Assembly (NCBI GenBank): GCA_965243395.1 | Contig: CBDEUS010000001.1 | Span: forward strand, 1,024,001 to 1,088,000 | Reading direction: 5' to 3' | DNA from: Gammaproteobacteria bacterium | Lineage (GTDB): Bacteria; Pseudomonadota; Gammaproteobacteria; UBA4575 | DNA: 64,000 bases | Part shown: piece after piece, positions 51,110 through 61,063 of the stretch | Position numbering within the stretch: the stretch's first letter is position 1 | Layout: the number at the start of each line of letters is the position of its first letter | Made by a program: the position numbers and the translations under genes | The notes under the pieces: model-generated | Seen by the model: only the letters and a program-made list of their open reading frames with translations | Told to the model about the DNA's origin: nothing | Databases searched by the model: none

Positions 51110-52270
51110 ATGCAAAACAGTAAACGGCTGGATGCTGTTCAAGCTCCTATTATTCCTTACATAGGTGAACTAAGCCGTAATAACCCGGGCACTATTTCGT
51201 TTGGACAAGGCATTGCGTTTTATGGCCCTCCCAAACAAGCATTTGAATATGTGCAAAAACACCTTGATGATGATTCGATTAACCGTTATGGGCCAGTTGA
51301 AGGCATTCCTGAGCTGCAACTAGCACTGATTAACAAATTAAGCTCTGTAAACAAAATAATTATTAACGATGACAATGCCGTTGTTGTTACCGCCGGATCA
51401 AATATGGCTTTTAATACCGCCATTCTTGCTATTACAGACCCTGGTGATGAGGTTATTTTAACTCTCCCTTATTATTTTAATCATGAAATGTCTTTAGTTA
51501 TGGAACGCTGCGTTCCGGTATTGATACCAAGCCAAGAAAATTTTCACCTAGACATTAATAAAATAGAAGCTGCTATAACTAAAAAAACAAAAGCCATTGT
51601 TACGATTAGTCCAAACAATCCAAGTGGGGCGGTCTACTCAAAAAAAGAATTAATTGAAATAAATACTTTGTGCAAACAACATGGTATTTATCATATTAAT
51701 GACGAAGCCTATGAAGATTTTTATTATGAGAGTTACCAACATTTTTCGCCCGCATCCATAGAAGATGCGCGCTCACATACCATTTCATTATTCTCATTTT
51801 CTAAAGGTTATGGTTTTGCCGGCTGGCGAATTGGTTATATGGTCATTCCTGTGACATTACTTGCTGCGGTTAAAAAAATTCAAGATACAATATTAATTTC
51901 GCCCCCTATTATCTCTCAATATGCCGCAATTGGTGCATTAAGCGCAGAGACATCTTTTCTCGAAGATAAACGCATCACCATGAATACAAAACGCGATTTA
52001 GTTATTAATAAATTAAGTAAATTAAAACATTTAAATAAACAACCCATTTCTGAAGGAGCTTTCTATACTCTCTTAAGTGTAGACTCTAATCAAAACGACA
52101 TGGCTCTAGCGGAACAATTAATTAAAAAATACAAAGTAGCTACTATTCCAGGCTCAGCATTTGGAATTGAATCGGGATGTTATTTGCGGTTGTCTTATGG
52201 CGCTCTATTAGATAATGAAATTAATGAAGGCCTCAATAGAATTATTCAAGGCCTAAACGAATTAATGTGA
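51110..52270 (+). CDS. PLP-dependent class I/II aminotransferase
   Basis: SFGQG, TAGSNMAF, SPNNPSG, DEAYE, SFSKGYGFAGWRIGY. Confidence 0.92.
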   Translation: MQNSKRLDAVQAPIIPYIGELSRNNPGTISFGQGIAFYGPPKQAFEYVQKHLDDDSINRYGPVEGIPELQLALINKLSSVNKIIINDDNAVVVTAGSNMAFNTAILAITDPGDEVILTLPYYFNHEMSLVMERCVPVLIPSQENFHLDINKIEAAITKKTKAIVTISPNNPSGAVYSKKELIEINTLCKQHGIYHINDEAYEDFYYESYQHFSPASIEDARSHTISLFSFSKGYGFAGWRIGYMVIPVTLLAAVKKIQDTILISPPIISQYAAIGALSAETSFLEDKRITMNTKRDLVINKLSKLKHLNKQPISEGAFYTLLSVDSNQNDMALAEQLIKKYKVATIPGSAFGIESGCYLRLSYGALLDNEINEGLNRIIQGLNELM

Positions 52271-52633
52271 TTCTGGCATAAGCGATGAATGATGATCTAT
52301 GATTTTAAATTCCCCATTATCTTGCTTATAAATCACAAACGAAAAGCGTGCAGGGCATTTTACTAACTCTTCACTTTGATAGGAAAATTCATACTCGCCA
52401 GAATAAATTGCAGCCTGACCAAAACTTCTTACATTAGTGGCGCCAAAATTCACCTTTAAATCTTGCATTAAAAACAAAGCTTCAAAATATTCATGAATCA
52501 ATTTATGGTTGTCACGTATAATTTCTGAAAAAGTTCCCCACAACACAGCATTCTCTGCATACAAATTTACAATACCATCCAGGTCGCAATTATTTAAACA
52601 AGCTTCCCATTTTCGGAGTATGTTCTCTGGCAT
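52262..52633 (-). CDS. NTF2/SnoaL-like fold protein
   Basis: LYAENAVL.GT, YF..L, ARFSFV, IIDHHSSLMP. Confidence 0.8.
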   Translation of the reverse strand: MPENILRKWEACLNNCDLDGIVNLYAENAVLWGTFSEIIRDNHKLIHEYFEALFLMQDLKVNFGATNVRSFGQAAIYSGEYEFSYQSEELVKCPARFSFVIYKQDNGEFKIIDHHSSLMPESH

Positions 52634-52641
52634 TGTTGAAA

Positions 52642-54132
52642 TTACCTGCCCTTAAATATCGAACCCATTATTCCACGAATAATGGATTGACCTAACCTTG
52701 AGGTTACAACTTTAGTTGCACTCTTAATTACAGTTTGTGTAGTTGTTTCACGTCTTGAACGCGATTTGCGTTTACTAGCAGAACGTTTAGGTTTATTTGC
52801 TTTATATTCTCTTTCTTTATCAATTTGTTTTTCTGCCTTTTCAGCGGCATCTTCTGTGCGTGCTCTCAATTTTTCAGCCGCACTTTCACGATCCACACGT
52901 TTATCGTAAACGTCTTTTATTGGACTCTTGTCAAATACTTCTTTGCGCTCAGGTTTGGTCGCGGGCCCCATACGAGATTCTGGGGGACGGATTTTTGTTT
53001 GCTGCACTATCGTAGGCACACCATCAGGGTCTAGAACCGATACCAAAGCCTCACCCACACCTAATTCAGTAATTACTTTTTCTGTATTTAAATCTGGGTT
53101 TTCTCTAAAAGTTGTTGCAGCCGCTTTAACAGCTTTTTTATCGCGTGGTGTATATGCACGCAAGGCGTGTTGAATTCGATTACCAAGTTGCCCTAACACT
53201 TCATCCGGAACATCAATAGGATTTTGGGTTACGAAATATACGCCGATACCTTTGGAGCGAATGAGCCTTACAACCTGCTCTACTTTCTGGATTAAAGCTT
53301 TTGGAGCATCGTTAAACAACAAATGAGCTTCATCAAAGAAAAACACCAATTTGGGTTTATCCGGATCACCCACTTCTGGGAGCTCTTCAAATAATTCTGA
53401 TAAAAGCCAAAGTAAGAATGTTGAATAGAGGCGTGGATTTTGCATCAATTCATCTGCTGCAAATAAATTGATGTATCCTTGACCTTCCTCCGTCGTACGC
53501 ATCAGGTCTTTTAGTTCCAATGCGGGCTCGCCAAAAAAATTCTTTGCGCCTTGCTGCTCGAGAACTAATAATCGTCTTTGTATGGCCCCTATCGATTGTT
53601 TACTGACATTACCGTAGTCCACAGTAAATGATGCTGCATTCTCACCAACGTGATTAAGAATAGCTCGTAAATCCTTGAAATCTAGTAGCAATAGCCCTTG
53701 ATCATCCGCTAATTTAAAAGCGATATTTAAAACGCCTTCTTGTGTGTCGTTTAAATCTAGCAGGCGCGACAGAAGCAATGGTCCCATTTCAGAAATTGTG
53801 GTGCGAACGGGATGACCTTGCTTGCCGAAAATATCCCAGAAGATGGTCGGAAACCCTCGAGGAGAATAACCTTCTACCCCCGTTTTAGACGCACGCTCTA
53901 CAAGTTTAGGTTTCTCTTCAATCGCTTGACTGATCCCACTTAAATCACCTTTTATATCGGCTGCAAATACTGGCACACCGGCTTGGGAAAAGCCTTCTGC
54001 CAGAATCTGTAAGGTAACGGTTTTACCTGTCCCGGTTGCACCCGCGATCAAGCCATGCCGGTTAGCACGCGAAAGAAAAAGACGCTGTACAGCATCGCTC
54101 TTTCCAACAACGATTGTATTTTCTGAAATCAA
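52642..54132 (-). CDS. HerA-like ATPase, DUF853/YjgR family
   Basis: [54 protein letters not shown]. Confidence 0.93.
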   Translation of the reverse strand: MISENTIVVGKSDAVQRLFLSRANRHGLIAGATGTGKTVTLQILAEGFSQAGVPVFAADIKGDLSGISQAIEEKPKLVERASKTGVEGYSPRGFPTIFWDIFGKQGHPVRTTISEMGPLLLSRLLDLNDTQEGVLNIAFKLADDQGLLLLDFKDLRAILNHVGENAASFTVDYGNVSKQSIGAIQRRLLVLEQQGAKNFFGEPALELKDLMRTTEEGQGYINLFAADELMQNPRLYSTFLLWLLSELFEELPEVGDPDKPKLVFFFDEAHLLFNDAPKALIQKVEQVVRLIRSKGIGVYFVTQNPIDVPDEVLGQLGNRIQHALRAYTPRDKKAVKAAATTFRENPDLNTEKVITELGVGEALVSVLDPDGVPTIVQQTKIRPPESRMGPATKPERKEVFDKSPIKDVYDKRVDRESAAEKLRARTEDAAEKAEKQIDKEREYKANKPKRSASKRKSRSRRETTTQTVIKSATKVVTSRLGQSIIRGIMGSIFKGR

Positions 54133-54472
54133 AGGATTTTTCTATTATTTTTATGGTCTTTATTCTAGTACGCTAAAGGGCCTACTGTGAGAACTTAGCT
54201 TCTGCCAGCTTATCGTATTTGAGTAGCCCTTCATGCTGCTTTATTAGTAAAAGCATAGCAAGTTAAATATAGTCCTTACAATCAATTGCTTACAACTATA
54301 TACTGAATAATTTAAGGCAAAATAAGGCAAAAACCAAAATAGATCACTTCACTGATCAAGTTTGAAGTATAAAATTTAATCTATATTAATCATCTATAAA
54401 GATTCGCACCAAGTACTGGAATATCTAGTTATCAAAATCGCATAGCAAAAACGCTGACCTAATAATACTATT

Positions 54473-56548
54473 TTGAAAAAACTATCACACAAATTGAAGT
54501 TTCTAAGCATTGTTGTAATTACTTTTTGTATCACCAGCAGTATAAGTTACAGCAATACAAACGATATCCTTGCGCCAGAGAAACAACATAATCGTGCAAC
54601 CAAACTTATTGCGCATTTTTTAGATAAGTATCACTACAAAGAATTTAATATTAACAACTCGCTTTCAAGCGAAATTCTTAATGCTTATCTTGAAGCTCTA
54701 GATCCTAATCGAAGCTACTTCTATCAAAAAGATATTAATAGTTTTCAAATTTTTCGATTCAAACTTGATGAAGCCATTACAAAACCCGAACTCAGCGCCC
54801 CATTTCAAATATTTCGCTTGTATCAAGCACGTGTTGAAGAACGTGTGTTATTTGCTCTAGAGCTCTTAGATACTAAATTTAATTTTAAAATTGATGAAGA
54901 GCTCAGATTTGACCGCATTGACTTACCTTGGGCAAAAAATAGTAATGAATTAAACGAAATATGGCGCAAACGCGTTAAAAATGATGTTCTCACTTTAAAA
55001 CTAGCAGACAAGAAGCCTGCAGAAATTAAAGAAACGTTAGAAAAACGTTATAACGGAATCGCAAAACGAAGTACTCAAGTAGATGCGGAAGACGTTTATC
55101 AACTATTTATTAATGCTTTTGCTAGCACCTTAGAACCACACACTAATTATTTATCGCCAAGAACATCTGAAAATTTCGAAATTCGCATGAGTCTTTCCCT
55201 AGAAGGAATTGGTGCACTATTACGAACAGATGGAGAATATACTGTAGTAGAAAAAGTAATTCCTGGTGGTCCAGCAGACTTAAGTGATTTACTTCATAGC
55301 TCGGATAGAATCGTTGGTATATCACAAGATGGTGATAAAGAATTTAAAGATGTAGTTGGCTGGCGATTAGAAGAAGTCGTAGCACTAATTCGTGGTGCAA
55401 AAGGTACTAAGGTAAATTTACAAATATTACCTGGTGACGAAGGTCAAGCCGCGAAAATAAAAGAAATTCAAATCACTCGCGATAAAATTAAATTAGAAGA
55501 ACAAGCTGCCAAAAGCGAAATCATTGAAATAGAGGAAGATTCTTTAAAGTATAGAATTGGCATTATAGATGTGCCAACTTTCTATATAGATTTTGCAGCT
55601 TATCAACGTGGTGATAAAGATTACCGTAGTACAACACGTGATGTAGATAATCTTATCACTGATCTTAAAGAACAAAAGATCGATTCACTTATACTTGATC
55701 TACGTGGTAACGGCGGCGGTTCACTTACTGAAGCGACTCAGCTGGCCGGATTATTCATTGATGAAGGACCTATTGTTCAAGTTCAGGATTCCAGTGGACA
55801 CATTGAAGTTCATCGTGATCGTGATTCAAAAATTTCTTATTACGGCCCTTTAGTTGTTTTAGTAGATCGATATAGCGCTTCAGCATCTGAAATTGTTGCT
55901 AGTGCCATTCAAGATTACCATCGAGGTATCGTCGTAGGTGAAACTACTTTTGGTAAAGGTACGGTACAGCAGTTAGTTGACTTAAATAACTTCAGCACCA
56001 GTGATGATGAAAAACTTGGCCAACTGAAAGCCACAATCGCTCAATACTTTCGAATTAACGGTAGCAGTACTCAACATAGTGGTGTTATTCCAGACATAGA
56101 CTTTCACACACTTTTTGAAGATGAAGAATATGGTGAACGTGCATTAAAAAACGCATTACCCACAAACACTATCACGCCTGTTAAACACCACTATGGCGAC
56201 ATAGACGAAAGAATCATTATACAAACTGCCGAGATGCACAGAAATAGAACTCACACAGATGAAAAATTTAATTCCCTTATCGAAATGTTTCAGCTTGATT
56301 ATGATGTAAGAAACCAGAAAACCATTTCTTTATTAGAGTCCACACGAAAAGCTGAATATCAACGCGTTGAATCAACCCGCTCAGAGTACGAGGCGTTGCT
56401 AAAAGACACTGAAGAAAACCTAAACAAACTGGATGACGACGAAGCGTTTATAGATGTGCTCTTAGACGAAACGGCACATATTGCAACCGATCTTGCCAAG
56501 CTATTAAAAGCACAAAACTCAAGTTCCTTTGTTTATAGAAATTATTAA
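54473..56548 (+). CDS. prc: Carboxy-terminal processing (tail-specific) protease
   Basis: PHTNY, LEGIGA PDZ, DLRGNGGGSL, SASASEI, TFGKGTVQ, STQ..GV.PDI. Confidence 0.93.
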   Translation: MKKLSHKLKFLSIVVITFCITSSISYSNTNDILAPEKQHNRATKLIAHFLDKYHYKEFNINNSLSSEILNAYLEALDPNRSYFYQKDINSFQIFRFKLDEAITKPELSAPFQIFRLYQARVEERVLFALELLDTKFNFKIDEELRFDRIDLPWAKNSNELNEIWRKRVKNDVLTLKLADKKPAEIKETLEKRYNGIAKRSTQVDAEDVYQLFINAFASTLEPHTNYLSPRTSENFEIRMSLSLEGIGALLRTDGEYTVVEKVIPGGPADLSDLLHSSDRIVGISQDGDKEFKDVVGWRLEEVVALIRGAKGTKVNLQILPGDEGQAAKIKEIQITRDKIKLEEQAAKSEIIEIEEDSLKYRIGIIDVPTFYIDFAAYQRGDKDYRSTTRDVDNLITDLKEQKIDSLILDLRGNGGGSLTEATQLAGLFIDEGPIVQVQDSSGHIEVHRDRDSKISYYGPLVVLVDRYSASASEIVASAIQDYHRGIVVGETTFGKGTVQQLVDLNNFSTSDDEKLGQLKATIAQYFRINGSSTQHSGVIPDIDFHTLFEDEEYGERALKNALPTNTITPVKHHYGDIDERIIIQTAEMHRNRTHTDEKFNSLIEMFQLDYDVRNQKTISLLESTRKAEYQRVESTRSEYEALLKDTEENLNKLDDDEAFIDVLLDETAHIATDLAKLLKAQNSSSFVYRNY

Positions 56549-56552
56549 ATGA

Positions 56553-56618
56553 GTGAGCGCAAGAATGCGCGAGTAAGAGTTGCATCTGGGATGATACAAG
56601 AGATTAAAGTTAGATGAT
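56553..56618 (+). repeat. ~65-bp REP-like element, copy 2
   Basis: GTGAGCGCAAGAATGCGCGAGTAAGA...TAAAGTTAGAT, 4 bp after the prc stop; compensatory A-T to G-C pair in hairpin 1 relative to copy 1. Confidence 0.8.
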
Positions 56619-56623
56619 TTCCA

Positions 56624-56653
56624 TATGACCGCTTTCGACTGATCGCGGTTAAC
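56624..56653 (+). repeat. 30-bp imperfect palindrome, copy C
   Basis: TATGACCGC-TTTCGACTGATC-GCGGTTAAC. Confidence 0.6.
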
Positions 56654-56777
56654 CACGTGTTACATTTCACCGATGGGGCGTATAAATAATTGGTCCAAGT
56701 TATTTACTTATCTATTTAGAACCAACAATTTTAGCCGTTAAAGATAATTGATCAAATTTCAATTACTTTAGCTATAT

Positions 56778-57224
56778 ATGGATACTACGATACATCAGTT
56801 AGTCTACATCAGTGCTGCAAAGCACGAATTCTCAGAAGAAGAATTACAGGATTTATTAATTAAAGCGCGTACTAATAACCAAAAGCTTGGAATTTCTGGG
56901 ATGCTATTATTTCATCAAGGGTCATTCATTCAAGCCTTAGAAGGCCCCAAAGAAGATGTTGAAAGACTATATGAAAAGATAGGAGAAGATCGACGTCATA
57001 CTGAATCCAGAGTGTTATTTCGTGGCGACTTAGATGAACGAGATTTTGATGGTTGGTCTATGGGATTCTATCGATCAAATCAAAGTACCAAAGAGAACCT
57101 AGATGGATTTCATCGATTTTTAAAAACAGGTTTTCGTAGAGAAGTTAAAGAGGATGAAAGTCTTGCGCGTAAAGCACTTTTACAATTCAGAGAGGGAAAT
57201 TGGAGACAAAGTGTAGAAACATAG
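56778..57224 (+). CDS. Stand-alone BLUF blue-light photoreceptor
   Basis: LVYIS (Tyr), ARTNN..LGISGMLL, FIQALEG (Gln), IGEDRRH, RDFDGWSM (Trp/Met). Confidence 0.93.
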   Translation: MDTTIHQLVYISAAKHEFSEEELQDLLIKARTNNQKLGISGMLLFHQGSFIQALEGPKEDVERLYEKIGEDRRHTESRVLFRGDLDERDFDGWSMGFYRSNQSTKENLDGFHRFLKTGFRREVKEDESLARKALLQFREGNWRQSVET

Positions 57225-57227
57225 CTT

Positions 57228-57243
57228 AATGTCCGCTTTGGGT
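57228..57243 (+). repeat. 30-bp palindrome family, left half only (copy D)
   Basis: AATGTCCGC-TTTGGGT 3 bp after the BLUF stop; right arm degenerate. Confidence 0.5.
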
Positions 57244-57263
57244 TGTGTATACATTTTAAGTAT

Positions 57264-57327
57264 ACCTGACTTTATATTGTTCACGTCATCCATGACGTGA
57301 CTCGTATTCGCACTTCCCTGTGCTCAC
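57264..57327 (-). repeat. ~65-bp REP-like element, copy 3
   Basis: Minus strand GTGAGCACAGGGAAGTGCGAATACGAG-TCACGTCATGGATGACGTGA...TAAAGTCAGGT; first 23 nt 21/23 identical to copy 1; perfect 9-bp hairpin 2. Confidence 0.8.
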
Positions 57328-57500
57328 CACTTATCGTGAAAACTTACATCAATATTATTCATGTAAGACATAAGTAAAAAATTATCAGTCCAAGTGTCTG
57401 TAAATCCAAACCCTTTGGATAATATAGAGTATTAATGCTTAGCTTTTAATCACACCGGCCGCTTAAGATGTTAGCACCACTCTGTTAAAGGGAGTTAACA

Positions 57501-57863
57501 ATGTCAAAGGCTATAAGTGTCTTTTCAATTTTATTCTTCATTATTGCCATTCCTAACCAGGCTCTTTCAGAAGAACATCCTGAACTTAATAGATTTTGCA
57601 TGTGGAAAGCGAGCGCTGCGCAAGTAATTGCTATGAATCGTGATATTGGACTTGATGAGATAAAAATTACAGCACAATATCTTAAACAAGAAGCTGATTA
57701 TAATGAACAGTTAATTGTTCTGGGCTTAATCGACAGAATTTATGGTACTTATGAGTTTGTCACACATGACACAATATATTCACAAACTAAAAAAACTTGT
57801 TTGCGTGATTTTTATATTGACAAAACTCAAGAAGTCTTTTTATCGCAGAATACTGGCAAATAA
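57501..57863 (+). CDS. Hypothetical exported protein
   Basis: GGGAG RBS, signal peptide (..NQALS), two Cys. Confidence 0.7.
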   Translation: MSKAISVFSILFFIIAIPNQALSEEHPELNRFCMWKASAAQVIAMNRDIGLDEIKITAQYLKQEADYNEQLIVLGLIDRIYGTYEFVTHDTIYSQTKKTCLRDFYIDKTQEVFLSQNTGK

Positions 57864-57869
57864 CATTAG

Positions 57870-59051
57870 CTAAGTTAGTTGCCCGAAAATTCTGAATCCA
57901 GCTACGTAAGTTCCGATTGCAGATCCTAACGAACTTAGCACGAAAATTAATAATATTCGTGCAACTCTGTTTTTACGCCAACCCAATGCCGTTGAAGTAT
58001 CTTTGCGTAAATCGCTAAAATCACTCACAGTTGGCTTACGTATAAATAACTCCATTGCTGCAGTAACCATGCCTGCACCAATCGTTGGGTTAAGTGAAGT
58101 GATCGGAGCCGCTATAAATGCAGTTATTATCGTCAACAAATGTGCACCCGCAATAGCTGCGCCTAAGGCCGATAAACTTCCATTAATAATTACCCACTGC
58201 CAAATTAAACTCCAACCTAAATCAGGACCTTTTTGAAAACCCAGGTAAAAACCAAATAAAATTAAGGCAACAATTACCCAAGGTATAAATTTTAACCATG
58301 ATCTTTTCTTTGGAATTACATCTAATTCTGTAATAACCTCGTCTACCTGCATAGCATCATCTTGAAGATAGTTCATCATACCTTTCATATGCCCTGCCCC
58401 GACAATTGCTAACAAATTTTTACCAGGATTTTGCAGAAGCACTTTACGTATCTTTGCAGCCATATATTGATCACGTTCGTCAATCAAGGGAACAAACAAA
58501 TCATTTGCATCTTCAGAAAATTGAGCAAACGTAGTCTCTAACAAATCTCCGCTTTTTAATTTTTCAATTTCTTCCTCTGATACTGTCTCACGCGAAACCA
58601 CACTCGTAAACAAACCTGAGATTATATAAAGACGCTTCCAAAAGGGAACATTATGATAAACACGTTTAAGTGTTGTACCCACTTCTCTATCAATAAGTTC
58701 TAAAATTAAATTTTGTTCGTTCGAAAATTTAATTGCAGTTTTCATTTCTAAACCAGGTTCAATTCCTAATTGTTCAGCCATACGCTGTTGATAAGAACCT
58801 AATGCTAAACTCGCGGTTACCATGCTTGCTTTGCCGCTACGTATCACATCAAACAAATCCATTTTTGCTAATGCATTTGGATCTGTTATGGCATTAAATC
58901 TGCTTTGACAAAGCTCAATGCATACCACATCAAATTCCCCAGACTGGATAAGCTCTTGTGTTTTTTCAGCACTTACCCGCGAGACATGCGCAGTGCCTAA
59001 AATGGTAAGTTTGCTCTCGCCAAAAGAGAGCGATTGAATGGGTTCTTGCAC
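57870..59051 (-). CDS. TraB/GumN (TraB/PrgY) family protein
   Basis: LGTAHVS, CIELC..R, PGLEM, LIDRE, LIDERD.YM, IVGAGH, APITSLNP. Confidence 0.92.
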   Translation of the reverse strand: MQEPIQSLSFGESKLTILGTAHVSRVSAEKTQELIQSGEFDVVCIELCQSRFNAITDPNALAKMDLFDVIRSGKASMVTASLALGSYQQRMAEQLGIEPGLEMKTAIKFSNEQNLILELIDREVGTTLKRVYHNVPFWKRLYIISGLFTSVVSRETVSEEEIEKLKSGDLLETTFAQFSEDANDLFVPLIDERDQYMAAKIRKVLLQNPGKNLLAIVGAGHMKGMMNYLQDDAMQVDEVITELDVIPKKRSWLKFIPWVIVALILFGFYLGFQKGPDLGWSLIWQWVIINGSLSALGAAIAGAHLLTIITAFIAAPITSLNPTIGAGMVTAAMELFIRKPTVSDFSDLRKDTSTALGWRKNRVARILLIFVLSSLGSAIGTYVAGFRIFGQLT

Positions 59052-59102
59052 GACTTGAATTAAATAAAGAAGTTATAAATGTAATTGAAAGGCTATATAA
59101 AT

Positions 59103-59465
59103 TTATGCCTCATCATACTCATTATATTTTTTTGAACTGCCTTTCACTTTATCAACTGGATAACGTTTTTCATTAAGTTCCATTTTACGTTTCGTGATTT
59201 CCATTAAATCAATATTAAGTTGATCCGATAAACGAAGTAAAAAAATAAATATATCCGCCATTTCAAATGCCACGGCTGCATGTCGTTGAGGTTCAAGCTC
59301 ACAACTATCTTTCTCACTCATCCATTGAAAATGTTCTAGTAATTCAGATGCTTCTACTGATAAAGCCATAGAAAGGTTTTTAGGGCAATGAAATTGTTCC
59401 CAGTCTCTAACTTGAGCAAATTCTTTTAATTTTAGCTTCAATTCCTCAATTGCCGGTTCACTCAT
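59103..59465 (-). CDS. MazG-like nucleotide pyrophosphohydrolase
   Basis: RDWEQFHCPKNL..ALSVEASELLEHFQW, EMADI, KRYP. Confidence 0.92.
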   Translation of the reverse strand: MSEPAIEELKLKLKEFAQVRDWEQFHCPKNLSMALSVEASELLEHFQWMSEKDSCELEPQRHAAVAFEMADIFIFLLRLSDQLNIDLMEITKRKMELNEKRYPVDKVKGSSKKYNEYDEA

Positions 59466-59467
59466 AT

Positions 59468-60862
59468 CTATTTATTCCTAACTTTTGAAATTTCAGTTAC
59501 TGAATTATTCTTTTTACTATCAAGGTCATTAGCATCTGAATAATCAGATGATTTAACAACATCTCGAATTGTTTTACTACCAAGCAGTTGCTCAAGGCTG
59601 TAATCCATATCTTTAATCAGTTTGTTTATTAGTGAGTGGCTTCGGCTTTGCATAGATTTCAAATAATTATTTGGACCAGGCTCACGAACCGTATCAATAA
59701 CAGACTTTAAATTAAGTTCTTCGAGAGGTCTGGCAGGTGTATATGCCAACGTATCTGATTCGACTTTTATTAATAAACCATGTTCTTCAAACAAACTTAA
59801 CTGCTCTTCAATTGACTGCTTAGGCTGCTTTAGATCATATACAATACTATCAATTTCAATTGGTGATTGATTGTTATAAAAACGCTTACCAATTGCTGTC
59901 ATGATCTGTAAGGCCAGCTCCTCTTTTTGCCGATTCGTTAAGCTAAGGTCATGTGAATTAATGTATAGATATTCAGGGTGTTGTTTATAAAAAGCGACAC
60001 TTGATCCAATAAGCAAAATCAACCAACTCCACCATAACCAAATCATAAACACAAACAAAAAGGCGAAACTTGAATAAATAGCTGTGTAGCTGGTAGACAT
60101 GGATGCTGAAATAAATGTTGCAAACACCCAACCAATGGTTTGCCATAAGATACCTGCAACAATCCCGCCCACCAACGCTGGTATAAATCTAACTCTTGTA
60201 TTTGGTGTAAATAAATATGCTGCAGTAAAGGCTGCGATAATCATTAAGTAAGGAAGCAAGCGAGTTGCAAAACTTAATAAGGTCCCAAAAGGTTCAACTG
60301 CCAAAATAGCTTGCGCCACGTTTGAGTTCAATGCAGTACCTGTTACGGCTATCGCGCCAAACACTAATACAAACCCAAACATAATAACGACATAATTGCC
60401 TAGTCTTCTAATCAAAGAGCCTGTTTGTTTTATTCTCCAGGTATAGTTAAACGAAAACTCAATTTTTTTAATAAGTCGTGCGATTACATAAAATAATACT
60501 AACAATCCCAAAATTCCTAACGCACCTACTTTTATATTATTTACAAATCCCATTATCTGTTGTGCAATTTCTTCTCCTTGCGCACCCAGAGGTGCAAGAT
60601 ATTGTAATAACATAGGTTCCATTTGATTATGCATGCCAAATGCTTTCATCACTGCAAAACTTACTGCTATAAGTGGCACAATTGAAAGCATAGTTGTGAA
60701 AACTAAACTCATTGCACGCAGATTTAATTGCCCATCCAGAAAATCAACCATTAAGATATACATAAAACGCACAATGCTTAATAGAGATGCCTGCCACCAT
60801 GGAAGTGAGTTGATGTCCACGTTCCAGATTTTGTTGTCTATTTTTTCTTTTATGGGCAGCAT
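59468..60862 (-). CDS. YihY/BrkB-family membrane protein with C-terminal winged-helix-like domain
   Basis: RAMSLVFTTMLSIVP, IEFSFN..W, PNTRV, IYSSFA..FMIWL, soluble C-terminus (PARP). Confidence 0.9.
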   Translation of the reverse strand: MLPIKEKIDNKIWNVDINSLPWWQASLLSIVRFMYILMVDFLDGQLNLRAMSLVFTTMLSIVPLIAVSFAVMKAFGMHNQMEPMLLQYLAPLGAQGEEIAQQIMGFVNNIKVGALGILGLLVLFYVIARLIKKIEFSFNYTWRIKQTGSLIRRLGNYVVIMFGFVLVFGAIAVTGTALNSNVAQAILAVEPFGTLLSFATRLLPYLMIIAAFTAAYLFTPNTRVRFIPALVGGIVAGILWQTIGWVFATFISASMSTSYTAIYSSFAFLFVFMIWLWWSWLILLIGSSVAFYKQHPEYLYINSHDLSLTNRQKEELALQIMTAIGKRFYNNQSPIEIDSIVYDLKQPKQSIEEQLSLFEEHGLLIKVESDTLAYTPARPLEELNLKSVIDTVREPGPNNYLKSMQSRSHSLINKLIKDMDYSLEQLLGSKTIRDVVKSSDYSDANDLDSKKNNSVTEISKVRNK

Positions 60863-61063
60863 AGATTATGGTTTATGGCTTATATTCGGATATGAATTGT
60901 AGCAGATACCTAGATATCCCCTAGAAATCAATCATTCATCGATAATTAGACGAATGATAGTTATTGGCGGCAGATTATTGAGACTATTGTTAGATAACCC
61001 CTTATAGAAGGTTCTAACTAAACGAAACGATACTGCAATGAAAAATAGCTAATTTTTATGAAT

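Noticed and set aside
54252-54275. AGCATAGCAAGTTAAA...TAGTCC resembles the S. pyogenes Cas9 tracrRNA
   Set aside because: The exact match is only 16 nt and AT-rich, the AAGGC nexus is missing, and there is no cas gene or repeat-spacer array in the window; treated as coincidence.
40014-57243. Classical integron attC or XerCD dif sites
   Set aside because: No paired RYYYAAC/GTTRRRY cores, too short for attC, no 11-6-11 dif consensus, and no intI.
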